A stretch of DNA of 56,670 bases, from positions 1-56,670 of the forward strand of contig JWZX01003182.1 in NCBI GenBank assembly GCA_001275005.1, given 5' to 3'. Position 1 is the first letter of the stretch; each line of letters starts with the position of its first letter. This DNA comes from Chrysochromulina tobinii (Eukaryota). Position numbers and translations under genes: made by a program. The notes below the pieces were generated by a model. That model had not been told where the DNA came from, did no database searches, and saw only the letters and a list, made by a program, of their open reading frames with translations. Positions 34,761-44,308 of the stretch are shown one piece after another.

Positions 34761-35470
34761 CTTGTGCGAGGGCTCGCGGGCCTCGGGCTCGGCTTCGACC
34801 TAGGCTGGACCTGGCCGGCGCGGCGCGAGTAGGCTAGTAAGCGCTCGGTAAACTTCCAACATGATGTCAATTAAAGCGAACGACAAACACAGACATATCG
34901 ATGTGGACATCTCCACCCTTTCGACCACCCTTTCAAGTCGATCAGCGCACAGCGGACGAGATTGATCAAGACGAGAGATTGACGTCGGTCGTCGAGCCGG
35001 GCCCGGCCTCCATCTCGATCGAGAGACGAGACGAGCCGGGCCGGGCACAACCATGTCGGAGATGGGCGATTCTCGGAGATCGAATGAATTATCATTGTTT
35101 CTCCTTATCACAAGAGACACACACCAGAGCCTTCAAGTGTGGCATCCAGAACCGAGAACGGGCAACGCGCAACGCCAACGGCGACCACGCACTAAGCGAG
35201 ACACATGGCGAGACACTGCAAAATCGAACCTCGTAATACGTAAATCGACGATTTTCCATCTGATCAACGATCTCAAGTGCAAAGATCGCGCAGGTGCGCT
35301 CCGATGCCCCCGAGGTCCTAGCAACCAACAGTTAGAGACTCTCAACACAAAGTGCCCTCTACCTCAGTTGGCACTGAGTGAGTGAGTACCTCTGATCTCT
35401 CTCGGCGGAATCTTGGGAGCACGCGCGGAGTCAGGCCTGCGAAGGTCCTGCCGATGAATTCCGAGCACAC

Positions 35471-38263
35471 TCAACCTTGAAGCGTGCTTGAACTGCTCGC
35501 CGTGTTGGCGCCGCCGCGCCGCAGCATCGCAATGTTGTAGGCGTCCAGAGGGCTTGGCGCTCGTGGCCCGAAGACAGCCAAGTCGGCCCTGTCTATGACG
35601 GAGCCAGCTTCGAAAATGTTCTCCATGGAATCGAACTGCTTTTGGCGAGCGGCAAGACCTTCTTGGATGTCGTCCTTGGTGAGTGTGCCCGACGAGTCCA
35701 CGTCCAGGACTTTGAACAGCTTGACGAACACGTCGACGTCGTCCTGCTTCACAGCGTTGAGAAGTGCGAGCATACCAGTGACGAACTCGAACTTGTCGAC
35801 GCCGTCTCCGTTCTTGTCGAGGCTCATCATCAGGTTCACGTCGAGCGAGCCCTGGATCATCTTCATCTTGTGGCTCGCCTCCGCGCGTTTCTGCTGCAGT
35901 GTTCTCACGTCGGCATAGATGGCGGACAGAATGGACACCGAGATGGCGATGTGAAAGAAAGCCCACATGCGCCCCGGGTCGCCGTTGATAGCGACATCGC
36001 CGTAGCCCACGGTCGCCATCGTATTGATGCAGTGATAGAAAGAGGTCTCAAAATCCCAGCCTTCGATGATGCAGAAGACCCAGGCGAAGAGGCATTGGAT
36101 GACCACGACCATAATGAGCGGAATGGCGAGGTTCTTACCGTAGTAGCAGAATGGTGTCCGAGGCACCTTCACAAGGACCCCAGTGCCGTCAAGGTCGATA
36201 GCACTCTGCGGAAACCGGCGCTCGAGCGCCGCGCGTGACGAGTCGATGAACGGCTTGACGACGCATTTGGTGATCAGCGACGAGAGCAGGGCAAACACGA
36301 CGCAAACGCCGAAGATGATGTAGACGACAGTGAAGGCGCGGCTCTCCCAGCCATGGGGATTCGGCTTCAGGTCGCCATAGCCCACCGAGCTAGCAATCAC
36401 CATCAGAAAGTAGAGGCTCTGCCAAATGTTCCAGCCCTCGACGTGCATGTAGAAAGCAGCTCCCGTACCAAAGTATATGAAGCACCACACGGTGACATTC
36501 GCGACTTCCCTCGCAAGAGCCCAACAACATGATGCTTTCAATCCTTTCATAGCCGGTGCTGGCACGGGTGGGCTCTTCTCGACCAACGGCGGTGTCAGCG
36601 GCCGTGATCCTCGTGGCGGCTTTGGCAAGGGCGACGACGGCTTTTGCGGGGAGGGCGGCGGCTTCTGATCGATGGACACCCAGTCTGCGTCTGTAGATAC
36701 TTGCAATTCCAGGCCAGGAGGCGACAGTGAGCGAAGAGGAGGCTCAACCCACGGCGAATCTCGTCGAGTCGACGGCCGGACGATGCGAAGCGGTGAGGAC
36801 TGATGCAGATCGGCGCTCGGTTCCTGCTGCAGCGCAGGGCGAACACGCGGTCCTGCGCAAAGCGCCTCACCGACCTCGGGCGCCCCACCCCAGACCTTCT
36901 GAAACACGTGGCCGATCGGGCTGATGATCGCTCTCGTCGCCGTGAACGCCACCTTCACTACATTCTCGATAGTCTCCTCCACCTTCGTCGCAGCCACCAG
37001 TGCGACATCCTCCATGGTCACCACCAGCTCCGGCGCCCTTACCATTTCGTGCACATCGACTAGTACTAGTCCAGGGACTTCATGCATCGCCTCCTCGCTC
37101 GCTCGACCACCAACCACCCCTGCCCCTTGCTCGCACCCATTCCGTCGATGCGCTGAAGATGGAGGAGACGAATCGGCCATCGGCGCAGTTATGGCCGCAA
37201 GTTTGACCTGTGATGCCATGGCATGTATCGAAGGCTCACCGAGGTCGACGATGCGCGTGATATCGAATGTCACGGTCGTCATCTCTTTGAGGGCGCCTAA
37301 GTCGGACAAGTCGCTCACCGTTCGCCCGTTGATCGCCACCACGCGATCGCCCTTGCGCAGCTGCCCACAGCGCATCGCCGGCGTGCCCTCACCGATGCCC
37401 GAAATGACGGCTAGCGGGGCTCCTGTCAGATGAGCTTCGCCGCCGTCGAAGCCGATCCCCATCCCGAAACCTTCGTACGCGTCGCGCTCTAACGTCACGC
37501 GCAGATTCTGAACGAGCGGCTTGGGCACTTGTTCATGTTGCACGGTGACGTTGGCATAGGGCATCGGGGGCAAGTCCGCGGAGCCCGCCGTGGCGGTTGA
37601 GGCCCCGCCGTCGGTGCTCAGTCGCGGCCCATCAGTACGCACTCTGCGAAGGGCCGCCTTGCCTGCCGAAGACGGAGAGAGCGGCTCCACATTGATGATG
37701 GGTGCGCTAGATGAGCAGATGTGCCCGACGATGGAAGGGGGGCTGCCGTGAACAACCTTCTCGGCAGCCGGCCTTGGCATGGGCTCTGCGGGCTCTGACT
37801 GGAGCACCGTGCGAGGGTGGAGCGTCGACTGAGCCGGCAACAAGCCACGGCCCTGCGGCATCGATGGGTCAGAGCTGCTCCCCAAACCTGCACTCCGACC
37901 CTTACTCCGACCCACCGGCGGAGTCCAGTCCGGAAGCTGCTGCTGCTTTCCGCCGGGATCGGTTGCTGTTTTTGCTGTGGCTGCACCTGACGACGTGAGC
38001 GTGCGCAATATTTCCAGCGTCACATACAGCCCTGGGCCATTGCTCGCGAGCAATTCAGCAAAGTCCGAGTCCCCCGAGACGGGGCGGCCGCCGACAGCCA
38101 CGATCCGATCGTTGATCTCGAGCGCGCCACACCGTCCGGCGGGTGAGCCCGGTTTGATTCCCAACAGAAGAAACCCGTTGGCGTCCGGCGAGTCCAGGCC
38201 CAGCCCGAGCGGCTCCTGCTTGGTGTGCCGCACGAGAGTAGTTTCGAAGACGATCTTGGGCAT
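35471..38263 (-). CDS. Two-pore-domain (TPK-like) potassium channel with two N-terminal PDZ domains and C-terminal EF-hands
   Basis: Selectivity filters SSVGYGD and TVGYGD, four TM segments, PDZ signatures EPLGLGL..GSPAGRCGALEINDRIVAVGG and EGFGMGI..GTPAMRCGQLRKGDRVVAING, and loops DKNGDGVDKFE and DVDSSGTLTKDD. Confidence 0.92.
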   Translation of the reverse strand: MPKIVFETTLVRHTKQEPLGLGLDSPDANGFLLLGIKPGSPAGRCGALEINDRIVAVGGRPVSGDSDFAELLASNGPGLYVTLEILRTLTSSGAATAKTATDPGGKQQQLPDWTPPVGRSKGRSAGLGSSSDPSMPQGRGLLPAQSTLHPRTVLQSEPAEPMPRPAAEKVVHGSPPSIVGHICSSSAPIINVEPLSPSSAGKAALRRVRTDGPRLSTDGGASTATAGSADLPPMPYANVTVQHEQVPKPLVQNLRVTLERDAYEGFGMGIGFDGGEAHLTGAPLAVISGIGEGTPAMRCGQLRKGDRVVAINGRTVSDLSDLGALKEMTTVTFDITRIVDLGEPSIHAMASQVKLAAITAPMADSSPPSSAHRRNGCEQGAGVVGGRASEEAMHEVPGLVLVDVHEMVRAPELVVTMEDVALVAATKVEETIENVVKVAFTATRAIISPIGHVFQKVWGGAPEVGEALCAGPRVRPALQQEPSADLHQSSPLRIVRPSTRRDSPWVEPPLRSLSPPGLELQVSTDADWVSIDQKPPPSPQKPSSPLPKPPRGSRPLTPPLVEKSPPVPAPAMKGLKASCCWALAREVANVTVWCFIYFGTGAAFYMHVEGWNIWQSLYFLMVIASSVGYGDLKPNPHGWESRAFTVVYIIFGVCVVFALLSSLITKCVVKPFIDSSRAALERRFPQSAIDLDGTGVLVKVPRTPFCYYGKNLAIPLIMVVVIQCLFAWVFCIIEGWDFETSFYHCINTMATVGYGDVAINGDPGRMWAFFHIAISVSILSAIYADVRTLQQKRAEASHKMKMIQGSLDVNLMMSLDKNGDGVDKFEFVTGMLALLNAVKQDDVDVFVKLFKVLDVDSSGTLTKDDIQEGLAARQKQFDSMENIFEAGSVIDRADLAVFGPRAPSPLDAYNIAMLRRGGANTASSSSTLQG

Positions 38264-38548
38264 TTGCTCCTCGCTGACTGCGATTTCGCCCCAGCGCGAG
38301 ATTGAACTGTGACACCGCCCGCCCTCACTGTGCCGTCACTGTGCCGATCGCCAAGGGAGCCAATCAAACTTTTCCCCACATGTGCCGCTTTGAAAGGGAG
38401 CTGGACTCAAGTCGAGCCCCTCATACTGTACGAAGTTGACAACCTCTGTGCTAACGGTACAGACTGTACCGATAACTCTGTGCATGCAGGCCGACTGTAG
38501 GCCGACACGCCGATCTCAGAGGAGCCCGAAACCATCTGCAAAAGTAAA

Positions 38549-39724
38549 ATGGACGACGGCCCAACGAGTTTCTTCCAGAGTCGGCGCCCTGCTGAGGTCG
38601 ACACGGACGCGCTCCCGACCCCGACAGTGGACGACTGCCCCACGCCTCTTCTGGCCGCGATGACGGGCTTGCACAAGCTGAGTCTCTTACGGATGCCAAC
38701 GACGCCCGAGAAGTCGAGCTGCCAGGAGCTGCTCTCGCCGCGGCGGACCCGCGAGAAGACGCGAATCGGCCCACGCTCGTTGCCGCCGCCCTTCATTCTC
38801 CAGCCGCGAGATGGCCGCCACCACGCTGGCACCGTCATCATGCTGCACGGCTTCACCTCATCGGGAAAGCAGCTTGCGTCGGGCTGGATTCCGGCGCTCG
38901 CTCGTCGGCTAGGCCAGCCCGCGCTCTCGTCCCTCAAGCTCGTCTTCCTCAACGCTCCCGTCCGCGCCGTCTCCTGCTACGAGGGTTCTCCGCGGCATCC
39001 GGCTTGGCACGACTACTACACGGACCATGGCGGCGCCGACGGCACGCCAGAAGTGGAGGAAGAGATCGACGAGGGTCAGCTCGCGTGGAGCCGCGCCAAG
39101 ATCCATGAGGTTATCGATGGCGAAGCCGAGCTCCTGGGTGGCGACTACGCTCGTGTGGCCATCGGAGGTGCCTCCCAAGGCTGCTGCACCGCACTCGACG
39201 CTGCGCTGACGCATCCGAAGCTGCTTGCGGGCGTGTTTGCGTCTTTTGGGCACGTGTACAAGAGTACGCTTCGGGCCGTTGGGCCAGACAAGACCGCGCT
39301 CAAGATCTTTGCCTTCCACGGCGCGTGCGATCACTGCATCGCCGCGAGCCTCGCACTGAGGTCCTATGCTGAGCTCTTCGACAAGGGCTTGGAGGAGCTG
39401 CGTGTGCACGTGGAGCCGAAGCTGACGCACTGCCAGCCGTCCGAGGCGGAGAGTTTCGTCTTTGCTGAGGCCCTGCGGGCGTGGGGTCTCGTGGCGACAC
39501 CTGCGATGGCACCCGGACCGCCGAGCGCATCCACGCCAAGTCCAAGGCGTAAGGTGCGCCAGCGACGTGTGCCGCAGATTGCGCCAGCGATGAGCGGTAC
39601 GACCGCGACGAGCGGCAATGCCAAGGCCGAGGACTCGAGCCGCATGCGAAGTGGGCAGCGCGGCCGCCCGAAGGCCGGCGCCGCGATCGAGGCCGCCTGG
39701 CAGGCCGAGGTGGAACTTGTTTGA
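38549..39724 (+). CDS. Acyl-protein thioesterase / phospholipase-carboxylesterase (alpha/beta hydrolase)
   Basis: TVIMLHGF, FLNAP..PAWHD, GASQG nucleophile elbow, FHGACD, LTH. Confidence 0.85.
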   Translation: MDDGPTSFFQSRRPAEVDTDALPTPTVDDCPTPLLAAMTGLHKLSLLRMPTTPEKSSCQELLSPRRTREKTRIGPRSLPPPFILQPRDGRHHAGTVIMLHGFTSSGKQLASGWIPALARRLGQPALSSLKLVFLNAPVRAVSCYEGSPRHPAWHDYYTDHGGADGTPEVEEEIDEGQLAWSRAKIHEVIDGEAELLGGDYARVAIGGASQGCCTALDAALTHPKLLAGVFASFGHVYKSTLRAVGPDKTALKIFAFHGACDHCIAASLALRSYAELFDKGLEELRVHVEPKLTHCQPSEAESFVFAEALRAWGLVATPAMAPGPPSASTPSPRRKVRQRRVPQIAPAMSGTTATSGNAKAEDSSRMRSGQRGRPKAGAAIEAAWQAEVELV

Positions 39725-40632
39725 TCGCGAGCAGAACAAGCGGAGACAAAGCCCGGAGAGAGCGAATCCAATGGGACAAAGCGCGGGGGATGCGGTCAAT
39801 GCACAATGGGGCGGACGGCGGAGAAAGAGTCGACTCGGACTGCTGTACCGTATTTTCTGTTCCGGAGATTCCGAAGGCAACGGAAACGCATGACCGATCA
39901 CGCTTCACGGTGAACGCGTGTGGCGAATACGGGATCGGATCGACGGCGTGCCGACTGATTGCGTTGAATCTTGAAAGCCACGCGTGCGAGACCGGACGCA
40001 CCTATAGCGCACGTGTGCGCGACCGGCCTTGCTCTATAGGTATAGCCGGTGACGGCTGACGCTTAAGAGCGCGTGCGTTACTTTAACTTTTTCATATACC
40101 GTAGGTACGTAACAAAGGCCGATTTGTCGAGGGATGACGTGCGCGACATGCACCGGCGACGATGCGCGGCGCGACATACAGCACGTCAACGTCGAGCACG
40201 TATCCGCACCCGGGCAGACCGCGGACGCGCGCCCGCCGCCCCCGGGCATGCGGCCGCGCGTCGACGTAGCTACGCGGGAACGCGGCCGCGGCCGCCGCGG
40301 TGCACCGCGCGGCCCTGGCGGGCGTGCGGTCGGCCCGGCGCGGCGGTTTCATCGGTTTGGCGCCGCCGTGCCGCCGGAGCTCCCCGGCGCTTGTGGCGCT
40401 AGCCCTTGCGAGGCGACGCCGCGGCCGCCCGGCGCACGCGGTCGAGTGCGGCATGGTTGCGTATATTCAATCGAGCCTCACAGCTGTTCACGCTGCGTGA
40501 ATGCTAGTCAACGGCGCGCTGTCCCCTGGCGGCCGCGGCGCCGCACGCTCCGCTGGGAATCTCAATCTGTGTACCGGGTCCCGGGGGTGTGCACCGTCGA
40601 TAACCAACATTCTACAAAGCCAGAGATCGCTG

Positions 40633-42138
40633 CTAGCGTAGCGAAACGACCACCGCCCTACCGTTTGGCGTGCCCTCCTTCCGGTGGGCCACCATCATCA
40701 CACCACCAACCAGAGTACCATTAGCACAAGATAAGCCATATCCAAAAGCGAAGGGCAGCTCGGCGCTCGCATACATTTTTTGGAGCTCAGCTGACCTGTT
40801 CGCCATCTTCCCATTCCTGACGAGGCACGCCTCGGGCGTTATCGGGAACCGTTTCGACGGCACGAGGTTGCAGTTGATGGACTGGAGCCACCATTTTGGA
40901 ATCGCCTGTTCCGCATAGCACACCTGCAGCGAAGAGAAGTTGCCATATGTATGAACCTCCCAGTCTGATGTAGGGGGGGCTAACCCGACGCCGGGAGTGG
41001 ATTCTGGCGTCGTGGGTCCAAAATCCGAGGGCTGCAAACCCGTCTCGTCGTTGATGACCGCAGCGCTCGCATTCAGCAGCCAGTTCCGGAACAAAGGGGC
41101 GAGAAGGATGTCCTGTACGTTTCCAGGATCGGCCGCCTTGATGAACGTGATATGTCGCTCCACCGTGCTCGAATCGTCTGCGGCGAGCAGTTCGCCGAGA
41201 TCGTCCAACTCGTCGGCCATCGAGTGCGACGCCTCGTACAGGCCGAGGTGGCGAACGACGTACCGCACACTCATGGTCGGACAAAGAAGGCGCACGTAAG
41301 CGTTTGACGGAGGGCGATCGATGCCTACGATGGGATGACCTAGGATGCCAAGAGCGAGGAGCAAAATGGGCAAGACGCCCACCGGCGTGTCTTGGAATCT
41401 GCGCCGATCGCCATCGACTCGCGCAAAATTCATCTCGAGGTTCCTATTCATCCAAGTCGACTCAGTCCAGCTGAAACCATGGAACTTCCACATTGCGAGG
41501 AATTTCGAGGTGACGTTCAAGGTGAACTCGCGATACTCGTTGGACAAGAAGAGTGTAGGATCGCCGAACGGCACCGACGCTAGCATCGTGTAGCGTCTTG
41601 CATTCGGAAATAATGACGCGGCGTGAAAGATGTCCGGGCCGGAGAAGAGGTAAAGCACAGGAGACCTTGACAGTTCTGGAACCATGCTATTGCGCCTCAG
41701 CAGGGCAGCTCTTTCCCTCAGCTCGCGATAGTTCCCCTCGATCCTGGCCTTCTGGACCGCCAGAAGCTGCCACGACCGCATCGCCTCGGTCAGCGCTTTT
41801 GAGCCCGCCGACTGGGCCTGAGTGGCTGACGGGACCCCACACATGTCGTACTTGTACAAGCTGGTCCAGTTAGCGATCGGTGGTTGGCGATTGATCCAGC
41901 TCGTCATTGGAATGAAAGCCTCTGCGGGCCAGCCTTGCCGAGCATAGCCTTTGCAGCGAGGGTCCTGGCTGCACAGCCTCTGCACACGCGATTCGGACAT
42001 ATTCGTAACAATGCCCCGTTGGTTGCTGTCTTGGCACATGTCCGAGGTGCGGTCCCAAGTGGGCGAAATGCACAGCCTGTTGCCTTGGTAGGCATATGGA
42101 AGCCATATCTCGTATCGTACGCAGTGCGTTCTGTGCAT
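40633..42138 (-). CDS. Hypothetical protein with a C-terminal domain resembling an uncharacterised bacterial family (start uncertain; frame open to 42447)
   Basis: Long uninterrupted ORF with VLYLFSGPDIFHAASLFPNA, GVLPILL, TFIKAA, INDETGL, YGNF and LPFAFGYG. Short Cys-containing N-terminal module. Confidence 0.7.
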   Translation of the reverse strand: MHRTHCVRYEIWLPYAYQGNRLCISPTWDRTSDMCQDSNQRGIVTNMSESRVQRLCSQDPRCKGYARQGWPAEAFIPMTSWINRQPPIANWTSLYKYDMCGVPSATQAQSAGSKALTEAMRSWQLLAVQKARIEGNYRELRERAALLRRNSMVPELSRSPVLYLFSGPDIFHAASLFPNARRYTMLASVPFGDPTLFLSNEYREFTLNVTSKFLAMWKFHGFSWTESTWMNRNLEMNFARVDGDRRRFQDTPVGVLPILLLALGILGHPIVGIDRPPSNAYVRLLCPTMSVRYVVRHLGLYEASHSMADELDDLGELLAADDSSTVERHITFIKAADPGNVQDILLAPLFRNWLLNASAAVINDETGLQPSDFGPTTPESTPGVGLAPPTSDWEVHTYGNFSSLQVCYAEQAIPKWWLQSINCNLVPSKRFPITPEACLVRNGKMANRSAELQKMYASAELPFAFGYGLSCANGTLVGGVMMVAHRKEGTPNGRAVVVSLR

Positions 42139-42834
42139 ATGCCCAGGAGCAGACACCTCCGGCGGCGTGCGTGTTCGCGGACGGGGAGTCGCAAAAAGGT
42201 CGCACAGCTTCTGAGTCCAAGTTAGGAAGGGGTTCGAAGCAACTGGGCGGGCTCGGCTACTGGGCGAGGTCGCAGTGCGGGGGGACTCGACCGCACGGCG
42301 CTCGAAAAAAACGCAGAGTGGTCTATTTTCACACCGCACACAGCGCTCGATTTCCCCGCACACTGCGTTCGTCCCGGCGTTCGTTTCCCCCCGCACTAGT
42401 GCGCATGAGGAATTGAGGATGAGCAGTGCGGTCGATTTAGACCGCACAGGTGCCGCGCAGTGCGGCTCGCCCAGTAGCCGAGCCCCGCCCAGTTGCTTGG
42501 AAACCCCTTCCTACACTATGTAGAAACATTCTGTGAATGGGCGGACCGACGGTTTTTACCGACGGTTCACACGTACCCCGGGTTACCGGTAAGCTTCCGA
42601 GCTCCGTTTTTAACTCGGTCACGAATATTCACGAGTAGTAGAAGTGTGGAACGTCAGGTGCGAGAATTCGAGCGGAATTCGTTCATTGTCGTTGATCTGT
42701 GACCTGTGTCGTTGCAAGAAACCTGAGTGATCTCATGTTGAGCTCCCATGAGACCTCGAGAAGCTCCCTGGCAGAAAAGAGAAGCTCAAACACGCTTCTC
42801 TCCTTTCGCACTCTCCATCACTGTTTTGCAAAGC

Positions 42835-43524
42835 ATGGCGCGACGCTGGGTCGCTCTCTGCGCACTGCAGTTGTCGTTCGCTCGCAGTTGGACCGCGCCG
42901 CATGCACCTGCTTGCCGTTCCGTCCAACTACGAGTTCGACCGTGCCGCTTGGATCTTTCGCCGGCAGCGGATCTTTCGCCCGCGGCGAGAAAGGCTCTTG
43001 GCGACGTGTCGGAGGTTCCCAAAACAAATGGCATTCCCAATTACCTGCTGCGCACGTCGGGTACGGTGACTCGCCTCGTAGAGCGCGACGCGTCAGTGGC
43101 CATGGCAGACGACGGCGTGCACTATGAGGCGGATCGTCTCGTGAGCATCTTGACAACGGATATGATCGACATGGTCCAGCAGCAAGGCGGCTCCGCTACA
43201 AAGGTGGACCATCTGGGAGAGAATATTTTGGTAGAGGGCATGCTCTTCGACGATTTCAAGGCCAACGACACCTTCGAAGTCGTCAGCGAAGATGGCGCGA
43301 GCGCCCTGACCCTGAAAATCGTCGAACCCCGCCTGGCGTCTGCGGTCGAGCTGAGTCAGCTCGGCGACGATGAGGGCAAGAAGCGGAGCATCTCGAACAT
43401 CCTAACGATCCAATCGGGATTCTCCGGCTGGACTGCGCGGATTGCGACGGCGGGCAGGGCTAGGGTTGGCTTTAAGATCTCCAAGCGCCTTGAGAAGGAG
43501 GAAGAGACAGATGGAGTTGCGTGA
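42835..43524 (+). CDS. MOSC/YiiM-like beta-barrel protein with a bipartite (plastid-type) targeting peptide
   Basis: LGENILVEG, LKIVEPR, SGWTARIATAGRARVG. Signal peptide ending ARS-W, followed by an Arg/Pro-rich transit-like stretch. Confidence 0.7.
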   Translation: MARRWVALCALQLSFARSWTAPHAPACRSVQLRVRPCRLDLSPAADLSPAARKALGDVSEVPKTNGIPNYLLRTSGTVTRLVERDASVAMADDGVHYEADRLVSILTTDMIDMVQQQGGSATKVDHLGENILVEGMLFDDFKANDTFEVVSEDGASALTLKIVEPRLASAVELSQLGDDEGKKRSISNILTIQSGFSGWTARIATAGRARVGFKISKRLEKEEETDGVA

Positions 43525-43771
43525 GCGCGCGAGTGGGCCGAAAGCCGATCTGAGTATGAGACCGGCGCGGAGCGGGGGAGGCGCGCCTACCGGCTCGACG
43601 AGACTCGAGAGAGCCTATTCTCATCCTCCGTGAGCGTGTGGTACTCACAGTGAGGGACTCTATTCGCGGAGTACCGTGGAACGAAGAATCGAAGTGTTAT
43701 CTGTTAAAGTTATTAATGTTTTATCTCGCGAGTAGTAAGATGCATCGCTTTAATAAAAAATGAACGGAGAA

Positions 43772-43835
43772 CGCACGACCGGCACGACCGGCAGGACCGC
43801 GAACCCGTTCCTGCACGACCGGCACGACCGCGAAC
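43772..43835 (+). repeat. 9-nt minisatellite (gcacgaccg), 5 copies in two blocks
   Basis: gcacgaccg gcacgaccg gcaggaccg cgaac ... gcacgaccg gcacgaccg cgaac. Confidence 0.85.
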
Positions 43836-44308
43836 TAGTATTCGATTATTAATTATACGGTGTAACGGTTTTTTTTATAGCGCGGCTCTTTCTTGGCCGC
43901 GGCGCGCGGGAAGATAAGGCCGCGCGACGAAGGTGGAGCATTCAAGAGGCATAGATTTCTTATAGTAATAGATTTCATAAAAGCCTCCTCGAACGCAAAG
44001 CTATTCAAAGCACCGTTCACCGACGCGCCGCGGCCGCCGAACGTATAGAGCAGCATACGACAACGCACACACGTGTGCACGGACTGACGCCCTGTCCAAC
44101 GCTCCAACCTGCAACGCAAAGGTGAAAGGAGCCGTCGGAGTCGGGCCACTGCACCCCGCCGCGCCGTGTGCTCATCGTTTCGTAGTCGTTTCGCAACGCA
44201 CCTCGGTCGATCACAGCATCTGGCGGCGATGAAAACGCACTGACGGCGGAGACGCAAAAAAGAGTCTTGTCGTCTTGCCGATCGGCGGACAGTGCGTGCG
44301 CCAATGTC

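Noticed and set aside
34870..35350. TCGA-rich intergenic stretch as a transposon
   Set aside because: No terminal repeats, target-site duplication, transposase remnant or second copy visible.
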